DNA of 63,209 nt, the filler included, from Bigelowiella natans CCMP2755 (Eukaryota > Protista > Cercozoa), in NCBI GenBank assembly GCA_000320545.1. It is 5 parts of 5 records of this genome, joined end to end, with 100 filler letters (N's around TTAATTAATTAA, not from the genome) between each part and the next. Parts side by side here need not be neighbours in the genome. Positions count along the whole stretch, not along the records: positions 30,038 to 52,310 come from ADNK01003342.1; positions 52,411 to 54,132 come from ADNK01003458.1; positions 54,233 to 57,332 come from ADNK01000327.1; positions 57,433 to 63,209 come from ADNK01000438.1; 1 more part is not named here. One strand, given 5' to 3'. The translations under genes and the position numbers were made by a program. Below, piece by piece: positions 50,861-63,209 of the stretch. Numbering within the stretch: the stretch's first letter is position 1; each line of letters starts with the position of its first letter. Under the pieces are notes generated by a model. That model did no database searches. It was not told where the DNA came from and saw only the letters and a program-made list of their open reading frames with translations.

Positions 50861-51873
50861 AGCGTTGCAGCCTGATTCATCCAGCAGGCTAGCAGGCTTG
50901 GGGCTCGATCCTGATGGGATGTTCGGAACAACTGTGGAGACTCCCGGAGATTCCAGGAGACTTTCAGAGTTGGCACACACAAACCATTCCTCTGAGCGCT
51001 ATGGAGTCGATGCAAGCTTCCCACGTTTGAATGGCATTCAAGGGGATGTCGAGTGCGACGAAGCCAGCCACGTGACAAATTGCATTGAAGCTGCCTCTAA
51101 AGATTTTTCGTCGGTCGAGCGAGCGAGCTCTTGCATGGAGGATGCGTTTGGGCGCCTGCAGCGGCGATTTCACGTCCGAGCAGCCTTGTTCCTGTGCGTC
51201 GTGATTTTAGTCGTGCTTCGATCCCTCTCTGGGAATGAAGGGGAACTCGAGTCACTGATTATCGCTATCGACACGGACGGGGTTGGCGGCGGTGGGAAGG
51301 GCATCCGAGAAGTGACTCAGCAGGGCCCAGAAGCACAGGGTAACAGCACGAACAGAGATCAGCCTCCTGCGTCCAGCCAGCAGCATGATGAGGAGAAGGG
51401 AAAGGATACGGGCCAGACGGACACGGAAATAGGTACAAGTAGGAAGGTAAACGATGGGATGGTGGAGGTCGTTCCAAAGAGTGAGATACGACCTTCCACT
51501 CCAACTTCGCATCGACAGCCTTTCCCACCCCACCAGCCTTCAAAACACCCCTCATCAAATCCATACCCCTTGTTTTCGCCAACCGCACCATCGCCAAAAT
51601 CTGGAGTCCCCATATCATCACCTTCGTTAACATCATCACCATCGTCATCATCTAGCGTCCCTTCATCATCACCATCGTTAGCATCATCACCATCGTCATC
51701 ATCTGAAGTCCCTGCGTCATCACCGTCGTCAGCATCATCACCATCATCACCAGCATCATTATCCCCATCACCGTTGCCATCAAAGCATCAAACAACCAAG
51801 AACTACATAATCGTTCCTGGGTCCGGCATGAGGGAAGCTTTCAAAGTAAGGGAGGGAGAGAGAAGAGAGATAG

Positions 51874-51931
<58 letters not shown>

Positions 51932-52310
51932 AGAGAGTGAAAGGGAAAGAGAGAGAGCGAACACGCTTACTCTTCATCAAAATCGAGCATGCCACTCCTC
52001 TCACTCACTCACGCACCCACTACATTACTCCTTCCTTCTTAAAACAAGAGAGGACTACATGGCGTCGATGATGTCTGTTGTTCTCATTCACATGTGTGAA
52101 TGATGCAGGCAGTGAAATCAGTTATCAATAAAATCTGGAGGAGGGTTGGAAACAGTTACCCTGACGTCCGTCAGCCGGTATGAATGCCCGATCATCCCCT
52201 CCCCCCGTTTTATCTTTTTAGTGCACGCTGAAAGTATATGGACGACTCTAATTTTTACAAATTGTTTGCCGCATGTTCTCTTTATCATATTCATATCGTG
52301 CACTCTCCCC
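50757..52310 (+). CDS. Type II membrane protein with Ser/Pro-rich stem (Golgi-enzyme-like architecture), truncated by gap
   Basis: 448-aa ORF with one TM segment (AALFLCVVILVVLRSL) and an SPSS-repeat stem. Donor after REAFK; next exon AVKSVINKIWRRVGNSYPDVRQP lies just before the gap. Confidence 0.6.
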
Positions 52311-52410
52311 NNNNNNNNNNNNNNNNNNNNNNNNNNNNNNNNNNNNNNNNNNNNTTAATTAATTAANNNNNNNNNNNNNNNNNNNNNNNNNNNNNNNNNN
52401 NNNNNNNNNN
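52311..52410. other. Assembly gap with synthetic six-frame-stop linker
   Basis: 44N + TTAATTAATTAA + 44N. Confidence 0.97.
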
Positions 52411-54132
52411 GGCTATGTCTTCGCAGCAAAGACAGTGTACCATATCGATGCTATTCTGCCATAAGCCGTGTTTGGCCATTCCCGCAATGACCGCACTGTA
52501 CGTGTACACGTTGGAATTGACCTGAAACAGGGGGGGGGGGGAAGAAGGGAGGGAGGGAGGGAGGGAGGGAGAGGGAGGGCGTCTATATCATGAATATGAC
52601 CGATAACGATCATGGTGATGGTGATGATGGTGATGATGATGATGGTGATGATATTGCTACTGCTGCTACTACTGACGTCTTTGTCCTCCTCGATCTGGTG
52701 TAGAAGAGATAAAGCTTGTTCCCACTCGCCCACCTAAAAGCGAAACACCACCACCGGTTATTATAAATCCCCCTCACCCTCTCCTCGACCATCACCATCA
52801 TCACCACCATCATCATCACCATCATCATTCTCAAGTCATCGTTATATATCAACCCCGGCACACGCGCTTATAGCCGCACTATACCCAACCACGGTTGGGT
52901 GGAGATCCTGAATACGGAAATGAAGAAGGAGAAGAAGAAGAAGAAGATCAACAACAACAACAACAACAACAACACGCTAATTCCAGAAGGCACCCACAAA
53001 GAGCAAAACGAGGCAAAAAAGCAAAGAAAAGCTCCTTTTCACTCGTAGGCAGGACAGGTCGTCATTTCCCCCCTTTTACCAAGAGAACAATCTTGGGAAC
53101 ACAACACCGGCATCATCCTTCATTTTCAAGAAAGATACACTTACAAGTGCCTTCATTTCGCTCAGAAGCGCCACTGCCCTCTCCCTGGAAGAGGCGCATA
53201 CAACAAATCATCATCAATATAATGAATGTAACACGTACACACACATCTATTGCGTGTAATATCACAGCAGGTCAATGCATATATTCTAAGAAGTAATGCT
53301 TTAGAGATCATCTCACACATGGTAAAATGAAAGGTCATAAGGAAGAAGCTTGCTATTACCATTGGAATGCCTTCTCACAAACACTAATCATCGTGTTGTA
53401 CGTCACACCATCCCTTCGCAACCGCCTCTGTCAAATACCAATTGTGCGTCGTCATCATCATCATCATTGTCATGATCACCGTCATCATCATCACCCCCCC
53501 CCCCCCTCCCACCATTTCACACACTCCTCATGAACGATGACGCTGATAATACTTACTCTTGGCATGTCCTCGAATATCTCCACAGCTCTCTGCCAGTCTT
53601 GCCTCTTTGCACAGGGCGCTGTTGGGAAGGAAGAGGGGGGGGGGGGGGGGGGGTGCGAGAGGATGATAAATAAAGTGATGATGCATGTGCTCATGCATTG
53701 CTGCAATCGGCCATGTTAATACGTTAGATAGATTGTTAAATTTTACTTTATTGCCGCACTATAAAGAACAGTGTCACAATCAATGCCGAGTTCCAATGCT
53801 TCATCAAATAGCGTCAGGGCAATACCCGTCTAAGGAATTGATGATATTGGAGATTATGATGATGGTGGTGATGATGGTGATGGTGGTGGTAATGATGAGT
53901 AACTGTGATGATTAAGGGAATGAAAGCGCACAAATACACCCACCTCTTCTTCCGTATCTCCATGCTGAAGGGAAGATATCAATGCCGTGTAAGTGAATTT
54001 ATCCGGCACTCCTCCCTGAGATGTGTAAGTAGGAACACAACATGTCCATTGCACACATCGTTGTTGATATTGTTGGAAAGATGCTTGTAGATTCGTGTGT
54101 GCGCGCGCGTGTGTGTAGCGTACATCATCATC
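52411..54132 (-). CDS. Pentatricopeptide-repeat (PPR) protein, internal fragment between two gaps
   Basis: Spliced exons give consecutive PPR motifs: PDKFTYTALISSL, DTVLYSAAI(N)A/CAKRQDWQRAVEIFEDM, RDGVTYNTMISVCEKAFQW|ERAVALLSEM, PTVVGYSAAISACAG|VGEWEQALSLL, SNVYTYSAVIAGMAKHGLWQNSIDM. Confidence 0.9.
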
Positions 54133-54232
54133 NNNNNNNNNNNNNNNNNNNNNNNNNNNNNNNNNNNNNNNNNNNNTTAATTAATTAANNNNNNNNNNNN
54201 NNNNNNNNNNNNNNNNNNNNNNNNNNNNNNNN
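54133..54232. other. Assembly gap with synthetic six-frame-stop linker
   Basis: 44N + TTAATTAATTAA + 44N. Confidence 0.97.
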
Positions 54233-54381
54233 CCTCCCGGTGACGATTTGTTAAGATAGATTTATACGTGTATATTTATATATAAATAAAAAAAAAAAAA
54301 ATAGGGGGGGGGTGGGTGTGTGTGTGTGTTTATCGTTGAGATAATGAATCCTTGGCATGCTTATACACACTATCAAAAATT

Positions 54382-54418
<37 letters not shown>

Positions 54419-55178
54419 TGATGTGTGCGTATGTGTGTATCTTAGGGTGAATGGCTGTGACGACTTTAACGGCTCTTGTTAGCGGTGCTCCTTCACTCCT
54501 TCCCCCTCCACCTCCCATGCATACAAACGCACAAACAAAGCACATGCCGCAGCATACGCAGTGGAGATATCAATCCAGCAGAAACGCTGAGAGTGAGCGG
54601 GTCAAATGTGCGGGGGTGTCTGTGTAAGTGGAGAAGAGAGAGAGAGAGAACGTTGGCATGTTTTTCTATCCCCTTCTCCCTTTATTCACGAACAGGTGTT
54701 CTTGATGCGGAGTCGACACAAGGAGAGGTAGGGAGATAGTGAAGATGACGACTGCACCGAAATCAATAGATATATAAACGACAAACATGGATGTATGTGT
54801 GTATATGCGTGGAGGTGGGGGGGGGGGGAGAGAGAAAGAGAGAAAGAGACTCGTAGAATGTATGGCTCACAGCTCTATTCAATTTATTTAGCAGAAGGGC
54901 TCAGATAGCACAGCGTCAATGGCCGATAAATTCGGGGGTAAAATTAGCCAGGCCAGACAAAGCCAAATTCATTTGAACATGCGAAGAATAACGCACGTAT
55001 GTGAGCGAGGCCAGAGAGAAGAAGAACGAGAACTACCCGACCTACCCGTCTTTGGGTCGTCTTATTTTTGCGTGCAGACGTCCATTTGATATGTGTGTCT
55101 CTCCGCATTTGTAGAAAATGAAAGTGCGGATACGGGTCAAGAGCCAGGTGGAAGTGTAGTGTGTGTGTAGGAGGGAGG

Positions 55179-55214
<36 letters not shown>

Positions 55215-55306
55215 ATCTCGCAGATACATGTGCGTTGTATAAGTAATATTTTTACGAGGAGTGCTTGTCGCGTGTCTCAATGTGTATATATACGTGTGTA
55301 TTCATG

Positions 55307-55346
<40 letters not shown>

Positions 55347-55940
55347 TGCGTAGATCGATTTGGCAGAGAGGACGAAGATGACGACGCATCAAAGCTATCT
55401 GAAATCATCAAAATGGTACTTTCCACCAAGCGTGGCACTGACCGCAGCGTGTGAGTGCATGTTCCATACGCGCGCTTGCACTGAGAAACACATGCACATG
55501 CCCACGTGTATGCAGCACAATATATACCTTGCGCTGCGTTTCGCGTGTGCGCATACGCTTCTTCGCGCTTTCACCTGTTCCTGATAATGTACTCTTTCTC
55601 AGAAAAGGGGGAAGATTCTAGAGAGCTTTGAAGGCGTGGCAAAGATCTCTTTTGTGATGATGGGTAGCAGCGATGCAGTAGAGAGAACACGTAGTCTATT
55701 GTACTCTGTTGTCCTTTTGAAAGTACAGGATAGCCTTCCCTGTTGTGCTGCATTAAAGATCTTTGTGATGGCTCAATTTTTTTTCCATCACAAAATTCAT
55801 ATATTTTAACACCTGTTAATCAGGGAGATTTTCGGAGATCTCAAGCGTTGTGAGGGTGCTTCAGATGGTAAGAAATAAGATATGTTAATATTGACAATCC
55901 CCGCACCATCCATCCCCCCCCCACCCCACCCCCTCTCCCC

Positions 55941-55988
<48 letters not shown>

Positions 55989-57232
55989 ACCCCCGCCATC
56001 AAACACACAGAGCATGGCCAAGTGTACAATAAGGTATCTGTCTATGTGGAGCTGTTGGGGAAAGATTTGAAGGCTTAGGGGCTGCCTTGGAGAAATAGGG
56101 TGTAGGCGGGGGTGGACATATGATACAGGGACAATCACACACAATGGATATAGCTAGGTATATATATATATATATATATACATGTTAATATATAGTTCAA
56201 TGTTGATATTTGTACTCATGCAACTTGCGTAATTCACCTGCAGCTCGGTGTGGTGTGCGATGAGCTACCGCGCGTCTGGACAGCAGCCACCCAAAGGTAG
56301 TTATGAGCTTTGCACGGATTGATCGACCGACAATGGAATAACATCATAGAGCGGCGGCCATCCATGTCGCTTCACGCGCATATCTCCAACTCACCCCCCC
56401 CCCCCCCCCCACGCACACATCATCACGTCGTTTGCAAATCCGGAGGAGGATATTAATACAGAGTTGTGCGTAGATTCGCCGAAACGGAGTGGCCATGGCT
56501 ATCACGGCTTTACTCGAGCCTCGCATCGGTGTGTGTGTTGTGAGGGGGGGGGGACGTTTTCGGACTGGTTTCTAACGCAATCGGCAAGTCTTTACTGCTG
56601 AAATTTGATGCGACATTTGCCTCCTCAGGTTGTGAATCATCTTGTGAGTCGCCTCAATATTGCAGCAACCAGCGATGCTCGTGTGCAAGGCATCATCTAC
56701 CCTCTCCTAGACCACATCTTCCAATCGAAAGACATCCAAGAATCTCTCGCAGAGGTGAGTGCAGGGAGGGGGGGGGAGGAGGAGGGGGAGGGGGGGGTGC
56801 GCAAACATCAATAGCCTACCTACCTGCTACAAGTAGCGCGAGCTGTATTGTGGGGATTTAAGTATGTGCGCGTGTGAAGATAGAAATCTCTCTTCCCCAG
56901 TATATTTTCGCGCTGATTGTTATGCGTTTCGTTACTAGGATGCTCTAGGTTTATGGAGGACTATCTTGGCCTCAGGAGAGGATGTAATCAGGCACTCGTA
57001 GAAGGACAATACCACGTTTGCGTGTCCAAAGAGCAATCGATATTTTCCCGTCGATGTCCGCGTTATCCGTGCGTGTTTGCGGACTTTGGGAGCTTTGCTT
57101 GTGCGGCTGTGGCGTGAGTTGCTTTGTCCCCGTCTCACCTTTTCCCACCGTTTCAATAATGCAGGCAGGACGACCTCTCGTCAGGCATCTTCCGATGCTG
57201 TTGGAGATCATGGTTTGATTTATACATTAATA

Positions 57233-57278
<46 letters not shown>

Positions 57279-57332
57279 TGCAGGATATTATAAGTAAGTG
57301 AATTTCTCCGAAGAATAACCTCCCCCCCCCCC
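54233..57332 (+). CDS. Importin-beta-family (importin-11/Kap120-like) HEAT protein, internal fragment with many micro-exons
   Basis: Exons VVNHLVSRL..GIIYPLLDHIFQSKDIQESLAE|DALGLWRTILASGED|AIDIFPSMSALS|AGRPLVRHLPMLLEIM resemble the importin-11 'LLEDGLELW' region. Family assignment is by recalled similarity only. Confidence 0.45.
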
Positions 57333-57432
57333 NNNNNNNNNNNNNNNNNNNNNNNNNNNNNNNNNNNNNNNNNNNNTTAATTAATTAANNNNNNNNNNNN
57401 NNNNNNNNNNNNNNNNNNNNNNNNNNNNNNNN
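57333..57432. other. Assembly gap with synthetic six-frame-stop linker
   Basis: 44N + TTAATTAATTAA + 44N. Confidence 0.97.
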
Positions 57433-58662
57433 TGTATGGGTGCGTGCGCAAGCCCATTCGTGCTATTATCATGTGACGATGATGATGATACCGTTGCATG
57501 AACATAGATTCGAGACGCTCAGACTCGACCTCAGATGGCATGGCAGCATTTTCCATCTCCCTCACCGCCTAAGGGGGGAGGGGGAGGAGGAGGAGGAGAA
57601 GGGGGGGGAGAAGCGGGGGGGAGAAGGTCAAGCATCATCCCCATCATCATCGCCACCACCATCATCATCATCATCTTCATCATTTCATCAAAAATAGGTA
57701 TATTGTAACCTACTACACACTCAGAGGCATTAAATCATTAAAACGTGTTTACAAACAACTCACTGAATCTGAGTATATATATAATATATATATATATATA
57801 TAATATATGTATTTATTAATTTATTGCAATAGCTGAGCATTTTAGACCTTTGGCTGGTGCAGAGGTGGCGGGGCTGCTTTGGCAGGGTTTCGCCGCCATC
57901 GCAGCCTTTCTCCAGAGGGAGCAGCGAGGGGAGGAGGGGAGGATGGTTTTACGTCCTTGAAACAAGGTGTGATAAAGGGCGTGTGAGAACAAAAGGAGTC
58001 CCCAGCATCATCCCCAACATCTTCTTCTTACTCTTTCCTTTATGATGGTACTATGTGTTCTCACACTACTGCTCACTACTACCACGGATGGAATCTCCAA
58101 GTTGTCAAAGTCCAGCACAAGTGTCCTCTCCACAGCATCCTCCTCCTCCTCCTCTTCCTCCTCCTTCTCCTTCTCCACCCCCCTCCCCCCAATCCTCGTG
58201 GTGTTGGCGCTAGGAAGCGGGATGGCATGTCGGAGGAAAGAACTCCTCTCCTTATGTCTCAATGGAAGCTGCCTTTGCTGTGCCTCCTTGGCCCCTTCGC
58301 CCTTCTTTGGACGCGTGGATGATGATGGTGATGATGATGAAGAAGACGTTGACTTCTTCCGCTGCTGTCGTTCTGGCTCCTCCCTCTCCCTCGCCTTCAT
58401 CGTAGAAGCGCTATGTTCCTTCTCTCCCATTGGCTTGCGCTTGCTCTCCTTCATTGCGCCCAGCCTCATCGAATCCAGGGTGTTGGCGACAGTTAGAGTG
58501 CCACTGTCTTTGCATAAAGACCTGAATCGTTTGATGTTTTGCTGGAGCTCACGAAGGAACCTGTCTTGCTTTTTCTTATCGCGGGTGATGGCCCTCGCAC
58601 GGCTGCTGATATCCTCTTTCGGCACGTGAATAACACACACACACACACACACACACGTATTT

Positions 58663-58700
<38 letters not shown>

Positions 58701-59823
58701 AATATGTACACTAGATTATTATTTGTTCACATACACAGAGATGGCGACTATAGATTATGTGTTCACAAACACAAAGATGGCGACTAGATAGTAGAAGAAG
58801 GGATGGCGAGGGGCTTCATAATAGTGCTTTAGTGTGCATAGTAAAAATCCAAGAATTAGCCCCTACATGTACATGCTAGATGATTTCATGAAAATTCAGA
58901 ATAGATACCTTGGCTCGGGAGTTCCATGTTTTCAGGGAAGAGATGTCCTGGCACTGCACACATAATCATCATCATCATCCTCCTCCTCCTCCTCCTTCTA
59001 TCTTAGCACCGTCAGCACACCATAGACGACTCATCAGCATGACCCAGCAATAGTTTTTACTCCACCGCATTCGAAATATTTGCTTTGTATTTTTGCTCAG
59101 TCGTCGTCGTAGGTGTGTGGGGAACTGACCGTCCTCAGGTAGATCCGAACCGTTAAATTGCGAGATCAGGTTTTCGAATTCATACGATGCAAGCGACGCC
59201 TGCCGGGATAAGGAGGACGATTGTGATGATGGTGATAATGATGGTGAAAACTAGGTGCTGCTATACGTATTGCGGTCAAGATAATGAGAAGTGCCACTCA
59301 TACATCTACATATGTTTCGAGGAAACAGCAGGATCATTAATCATCGTACATTGATCCATTCCTCCGTGTTGCTGAAGCCTGCGTCCTGTTAGGTTGTTGT
59401 TGTTGAAGGTGGCGGAGTGTGGTAGGTTATTCGACAGGTAAGGAAGATTGAAAGAAGATTTGAACTGAACGAACGAACGGACGAACAAAGGGTGGGAGAA
59501 AGGATCCTTAGAAGACGTCGTGTGGAGTAATACGTCCATAGTTTAAAGGAGATAAAACACACGAACAAATTCGAAGATAATCAGACGCTCATGAGCCCGT
59601 CACTCACCTTATCGCTCAGGTCGAAGTCCCAGTCAGACGAATCTCCGAGGATCATGTCAATTGCAGGGGCCTTCATGTTTAGCTTCTTCCTCTGGCCTCC
59701 CCTCAGTCTGCTAGGGAAAGATCCAATCCTCCGACCCGCTTGAACATCGCGTCCCCCCCTTGCCAAGGAAAACCCGAGCGCCAGCGAGAACCAGCAAAGG
59801 GAAGTATAGAAATGTCTGGACAT
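57433..59823 (-). CDS. Hypothetical protein with N-terminal signal peptide followed by an RLRGG motif; truncated by gap
   Basis: MSRHFYTSLCWFSLALGFSLARGG..SRLRGGQRKK..DLSDK|GT. Further same-strand exons include VPKEDISSRARAITRDKKKQDRFLRELQQNIKRF (ORF 58008-58652). Confidence 0.55.
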
Positions 59824-60053
59824 TGCCCAGCACCTCGTCTACTACCTGCAAACACAGGAAGCGGTGTGGTGAACAATGCCGGCAGGTCGATTCGATCCGT
59901 CTCCATCTGGGGCACTGGGCCCCGACGTTGAAGTCATTTTGGGAAATAAATACATACGGATAATATCGTAATATTGTTCTCTTTGTAGTAAGGGATTTTA
60001 GGTCACAATGATCTGTGCACCATGAGGAAGCAGAAGAAGTTATATGATGTTTT

Positions 60054-60720
60054 ATGCATCAAGAAAGTTCCAAATCGAAGACGACATCTGTTCCTATCGG
60101 GCTGGTCCAAAACCATCCAGACTTCATGTCACCCTTTTGCATGAAGGCCTGCACAGTGTTGGAGAAGCAGAAGGGGCCAATGGAGCAGAAGCAAGGAATG
60201 CTGGAGTTCGAGGTAGAATTGCTCGCGAAAATCACAAAGTAGAAGTGCCACGTCGTCATTGCTAGGTTGCTGGAAACGTCAGCAACAGACGCGTTGGCAC
60301 ACGTGCGGCGCAAGTGACGAAACGCTGTGCCTCGAACTAGCTTCAGTGAGGATTGACTAGTGAACCAGCAGACTCTGCGTCACTCTCCGGCCATTCGCGT
60401 CGTGTTCTTGTCTTTGCTTGCACAGCTAGGCAGTTGAAAATCGACACCCGCAGGCTAGCAGGGCCTGCTGGCCTGCACGTTCCGTCTCATTCACTCGGGG
60501 AAGCAGCTGAGAACAAACAAGTCTTGAAGGATCTGAGTTTTGAGGTTGAACGTGTGAACCTCCTCTGGCTCCTCCATCACCTGGCATTGTGAGTCAATTG
60601 TGTGTCGTGCGGCGTGCTTGCCAGCTTGGGAGAGGCTGAAGGTGTCTCTCCAGCTCTGAACAGGAGCATCAGCGAACGTGAACACGTCTAGACGTGGTGC
60701 TTTTGCCCTTCACAAGTTCA
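60054..60720 (+). pseudogene. Degenerate coding-like relic (decayed gene or TE fragment) inside a TpA-depleted patch; strand uncertain
   Basis: Non-repetitive coding-like frames broken by stops. The translations within the patch are rich in His/Cys and nearly lack Tyr. No family recognised. Confidence 0.3.
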
Positions 60721-61526
60721 TTTCCACACACGGTCCAAAATCAACACGTGCACTTTTGCCACATCTCTGGCGCATCTGTGCACGTGCGTGCGTTGCTCAT
60801 TTGTGCACACGTGCAATGAAAAGCACTGCCATGTGTGCGCACTGCTGGCTGTGGACTGCTGTGCGTGAATGCGCACGCTTGTGTGTGAATCACGACTCAC
60901 ATGCTGGCGTGTGCCTCCAGGGCTGGAGAGTCTAAGAGGTCTGCTAGGCTAGCTAGCTAGTGGGGGTGTTCGGGCAAGTTTGGATGCAATCACTGCTAGA
61001 CTTTGCAACAACTGTGCATGGACACACCAGTGCGTCTAGATGTGCAGTGCGTGCATCTAGCTAGCTAGCTAGGATCGCATGGCATGCTAGCATGTGTCGA
61101 TCACACGTTGTGAGCGCAGCTAGCACATGTGCGATTGTGCGATCTAGCTAGCGGTGCATCATGTGCATTTCTGATGTGTTTTCATCGCCGTTCTAGCATT
61201 GTGGAGTGCATGGAGGCTGTCTAAGTCAAGTGGCTGTCGCTCACCGAACAAGACTAGAAGGCGCGGTTGAGTCTTGACATAACGCGCATCAAAGCATGCT
61301 AGGCGTAAGCACCAGTAGACAGATTCGCATCATACACGTTGTCCATCGCTAGATCGGGCATCTAACAATTCGTTTACGCATCCTCGCATTCATGGAGATA
61401 AATGCAAAATTGTGTCGAATTTAAGTGAATAATAACGCAAATCGAGATCGACTCGCTCATGCATGCCACTGTCCACATCTAGACATAACCGATTTGCATC
61501 CAAGCAACTTTCATCATCCTTCATTG

Positions 61527-63209
61527 CTAGTCCAAGCTAATCGGTTCCTGCTTCGAGAGCTGGTTATTTTGCACGTTTTCATCGTTTTCATCATCTCTTG
61601 AGGACTCTTCATCAACCTCAGTCTCTGAACATTGCTCCGAGGACTGGAGTTCAATTCGCTCTTTAGGGGATTCTTCTTCTAACAAGGAAACTGCCTCTAT
61701 GGAGTTTGCAGCATGGCAAGTAGATGAGCGTGTCGCACGTCTCTTAGGCGACTTTGTAGTGCTGTTGGAAGTGACAGACTTAACAACCCCATCGCCGTTA
61801 GGACGGGTAAATTCACGTCTTGCTCCTACTCCTACTCCTGCTCCTCCTCCTCCTCCTCCTCCTCCTCCTTCTCCTCCTCCTCCTCCTCCTCCTCCTCCTC
61901 CATTGTCTTCCCTTTCCACAGCCCCATCCCTGACGTAGACGACACTTCCTATCCTTGTCCTCGTCCCCGACTTTGTTTCTCGTGTTCCTTTTCCTTCATA
62001 TCTTGCCCCAATTCCTCTTTTGGCGTGGTTCGTCTGTAGTTGCTGCCGCTGGCTTCGTTTCCTTTCTATCTGTGCCATATTCATGAAGTCTTCTTCTTCT
62101 TCTTCTTCTTCTTTGCAGCTACCATCAAGAGCGGGTGAGTTGAGAATGTCCTGTCGCCTAACCCCCCTCCCCCTCTTGCTGCTGCTTCCGGTTGAAGACC
62201 TATCCCCGCCGCCACCGCCGTGATCATTGTTGTCGTCATCAATGCGGTCATCGTCATCAGCGTCAGATGAGGGAGGCACTGCAACTACTTTCTGGCAGTC
62301 TTCTTTCACCTCCCCCCTCTTTTTCGTCCTCACAGTCGTCGTCGGTATCTCTCCCTGACCTAGAACTGATGCAGACATTGACGACGACGACAACGACGAC
62401 GGTAGCCCCTCATCTGCTTCTTCTTCTTCTTTTGTGTCATCATCCTTTAGTGACAATCCCGATTTCGACTCGTTCTTCGTCTGTATCATCAGAATAAACA
62501 GCATGAGGGTGAAACTCCTAATCTCAGATATCAGCAGGGTTGCTGCAATACGGAAACATTAGCCACGAACTAACCACCCACCGTTGTTTTTATCGGACCC
62601 GGACGGAGAAAAAGATAGAGCAGGGAGGGAGGGAGGGAGGGAGGTGGGGGGGGGGGTAGCAGAAAGACTAGGCACGCTCAATACATGAACATGTTAGGAC
62701 AGAAAAAGGGAGAGGAGAGCGAAAGAGAACAAGGTATACTATTATTGTCATCAATCTGTTGTATTATACTTGGTCGTCGTTGACTCCTTTCCCGCTGAGG
62801 TCATTGATCAGCTGTAAGATATCCTTACGCTTCTTCGCAATCTCCCTAAGCAGAGAGTGACACACACACACACACACACACACACAAATGTATTTTGATG
62901 AAGTTGTTTTTCAAAAAAAAACAAAACTAATGTATAAACGGGAATATGTAGGTATTTTAGTCGCCATCATCGTCATCACATCGTCGTATAATCTTATGAT
63001 CTTCTCCTCGTTTTTATATTATATTTACAACCCTTTCTTAAACCAGTCGTTCCTATTGGTTAAAAAGTCCTCGAACGGCTTCCTGGAAGAAGAAGAAGAA
63101 GAAAAAAGAGACGAAATAAATGGGGGGGGGGGGGGGGTGTTTTAAGCAAGAAAAAAACGCCCAAATCTTTGGTCCCTCTCAAAAGGGGTGGTGGCAATTT
63201 TTTTTTTTT
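61527..63209 (-). CDS. 3' part of a hypothetical protein with an acidic/Gly-rich low-complexity tail; starts beyond the right edge
   Basis: 325-aa terminal ORF (61527-62504) plus upstream spliced exons (LLREIAKKRKDILQLINDLSGKGVNDDQ; KPFEDFLTNRNDWFKKG). Confidence 0.55.

Noticed and set aside
60120-60180. GST/metaxin-like 'SPFCMK' motif
   Set aside because: The match is too short, is followed by stops, and the Cys may derive from Tyr in the TpA-depleted patch.
62500-63100. Weak resemblance to the MO25/CAB39 C-terminus
   Set aside because: Only a few residues match and the exon structure is unresolved, so no family can be named.

Overview
Intron-rich, microsatellite-saturated eukaryotic nuclear DNA. 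It is probably from a protist or alga; bipartite-looking presequences and a PPR gene would fit a complex-plastid alga such as a chlorarachniophyte (inference). The window is a draft scaffold with four artificial 100-nt gaps (44N-TTAATTAATTAA-44N) and several apparent homopolymer indels inside conserved exons. Recognisable spliced genes: a large CLU-domain protein with an upstream UBR-box zinc finger (-), WDR91 (+), RINT1/TIP20 (+), a coiled-coil protein (-), SEC23 (+), a DHHC palmitoyltransferase (+), a probable TBC RabGAP with an RGG-rich N-terminus (-), a membrane protein (+), a Zn-finger/LRR-like protein (-), a dsRBD-containing DEAH-box helicase (+), an S/P-rich type II membrane protein (+), a PPR protein (-), an importin-11-like fragment (+), a signal-peptide/RLRGG protein (-) and a partial low-complexity gene (-). 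No rRNA, tRNA or CRISPR array is supported. The most unusual signal is three intergenic patches almost free of TpA except inside CTAG. This pattern fits a strand-specific TAH>TGH (A-to-G), RIP-like mutator. A dispersed hairpin motif marks the ends of several purine/pyrimidine-alternating intergenic tracts, and a perfect 15x42-bp array duplicates the 3' end of an intron.
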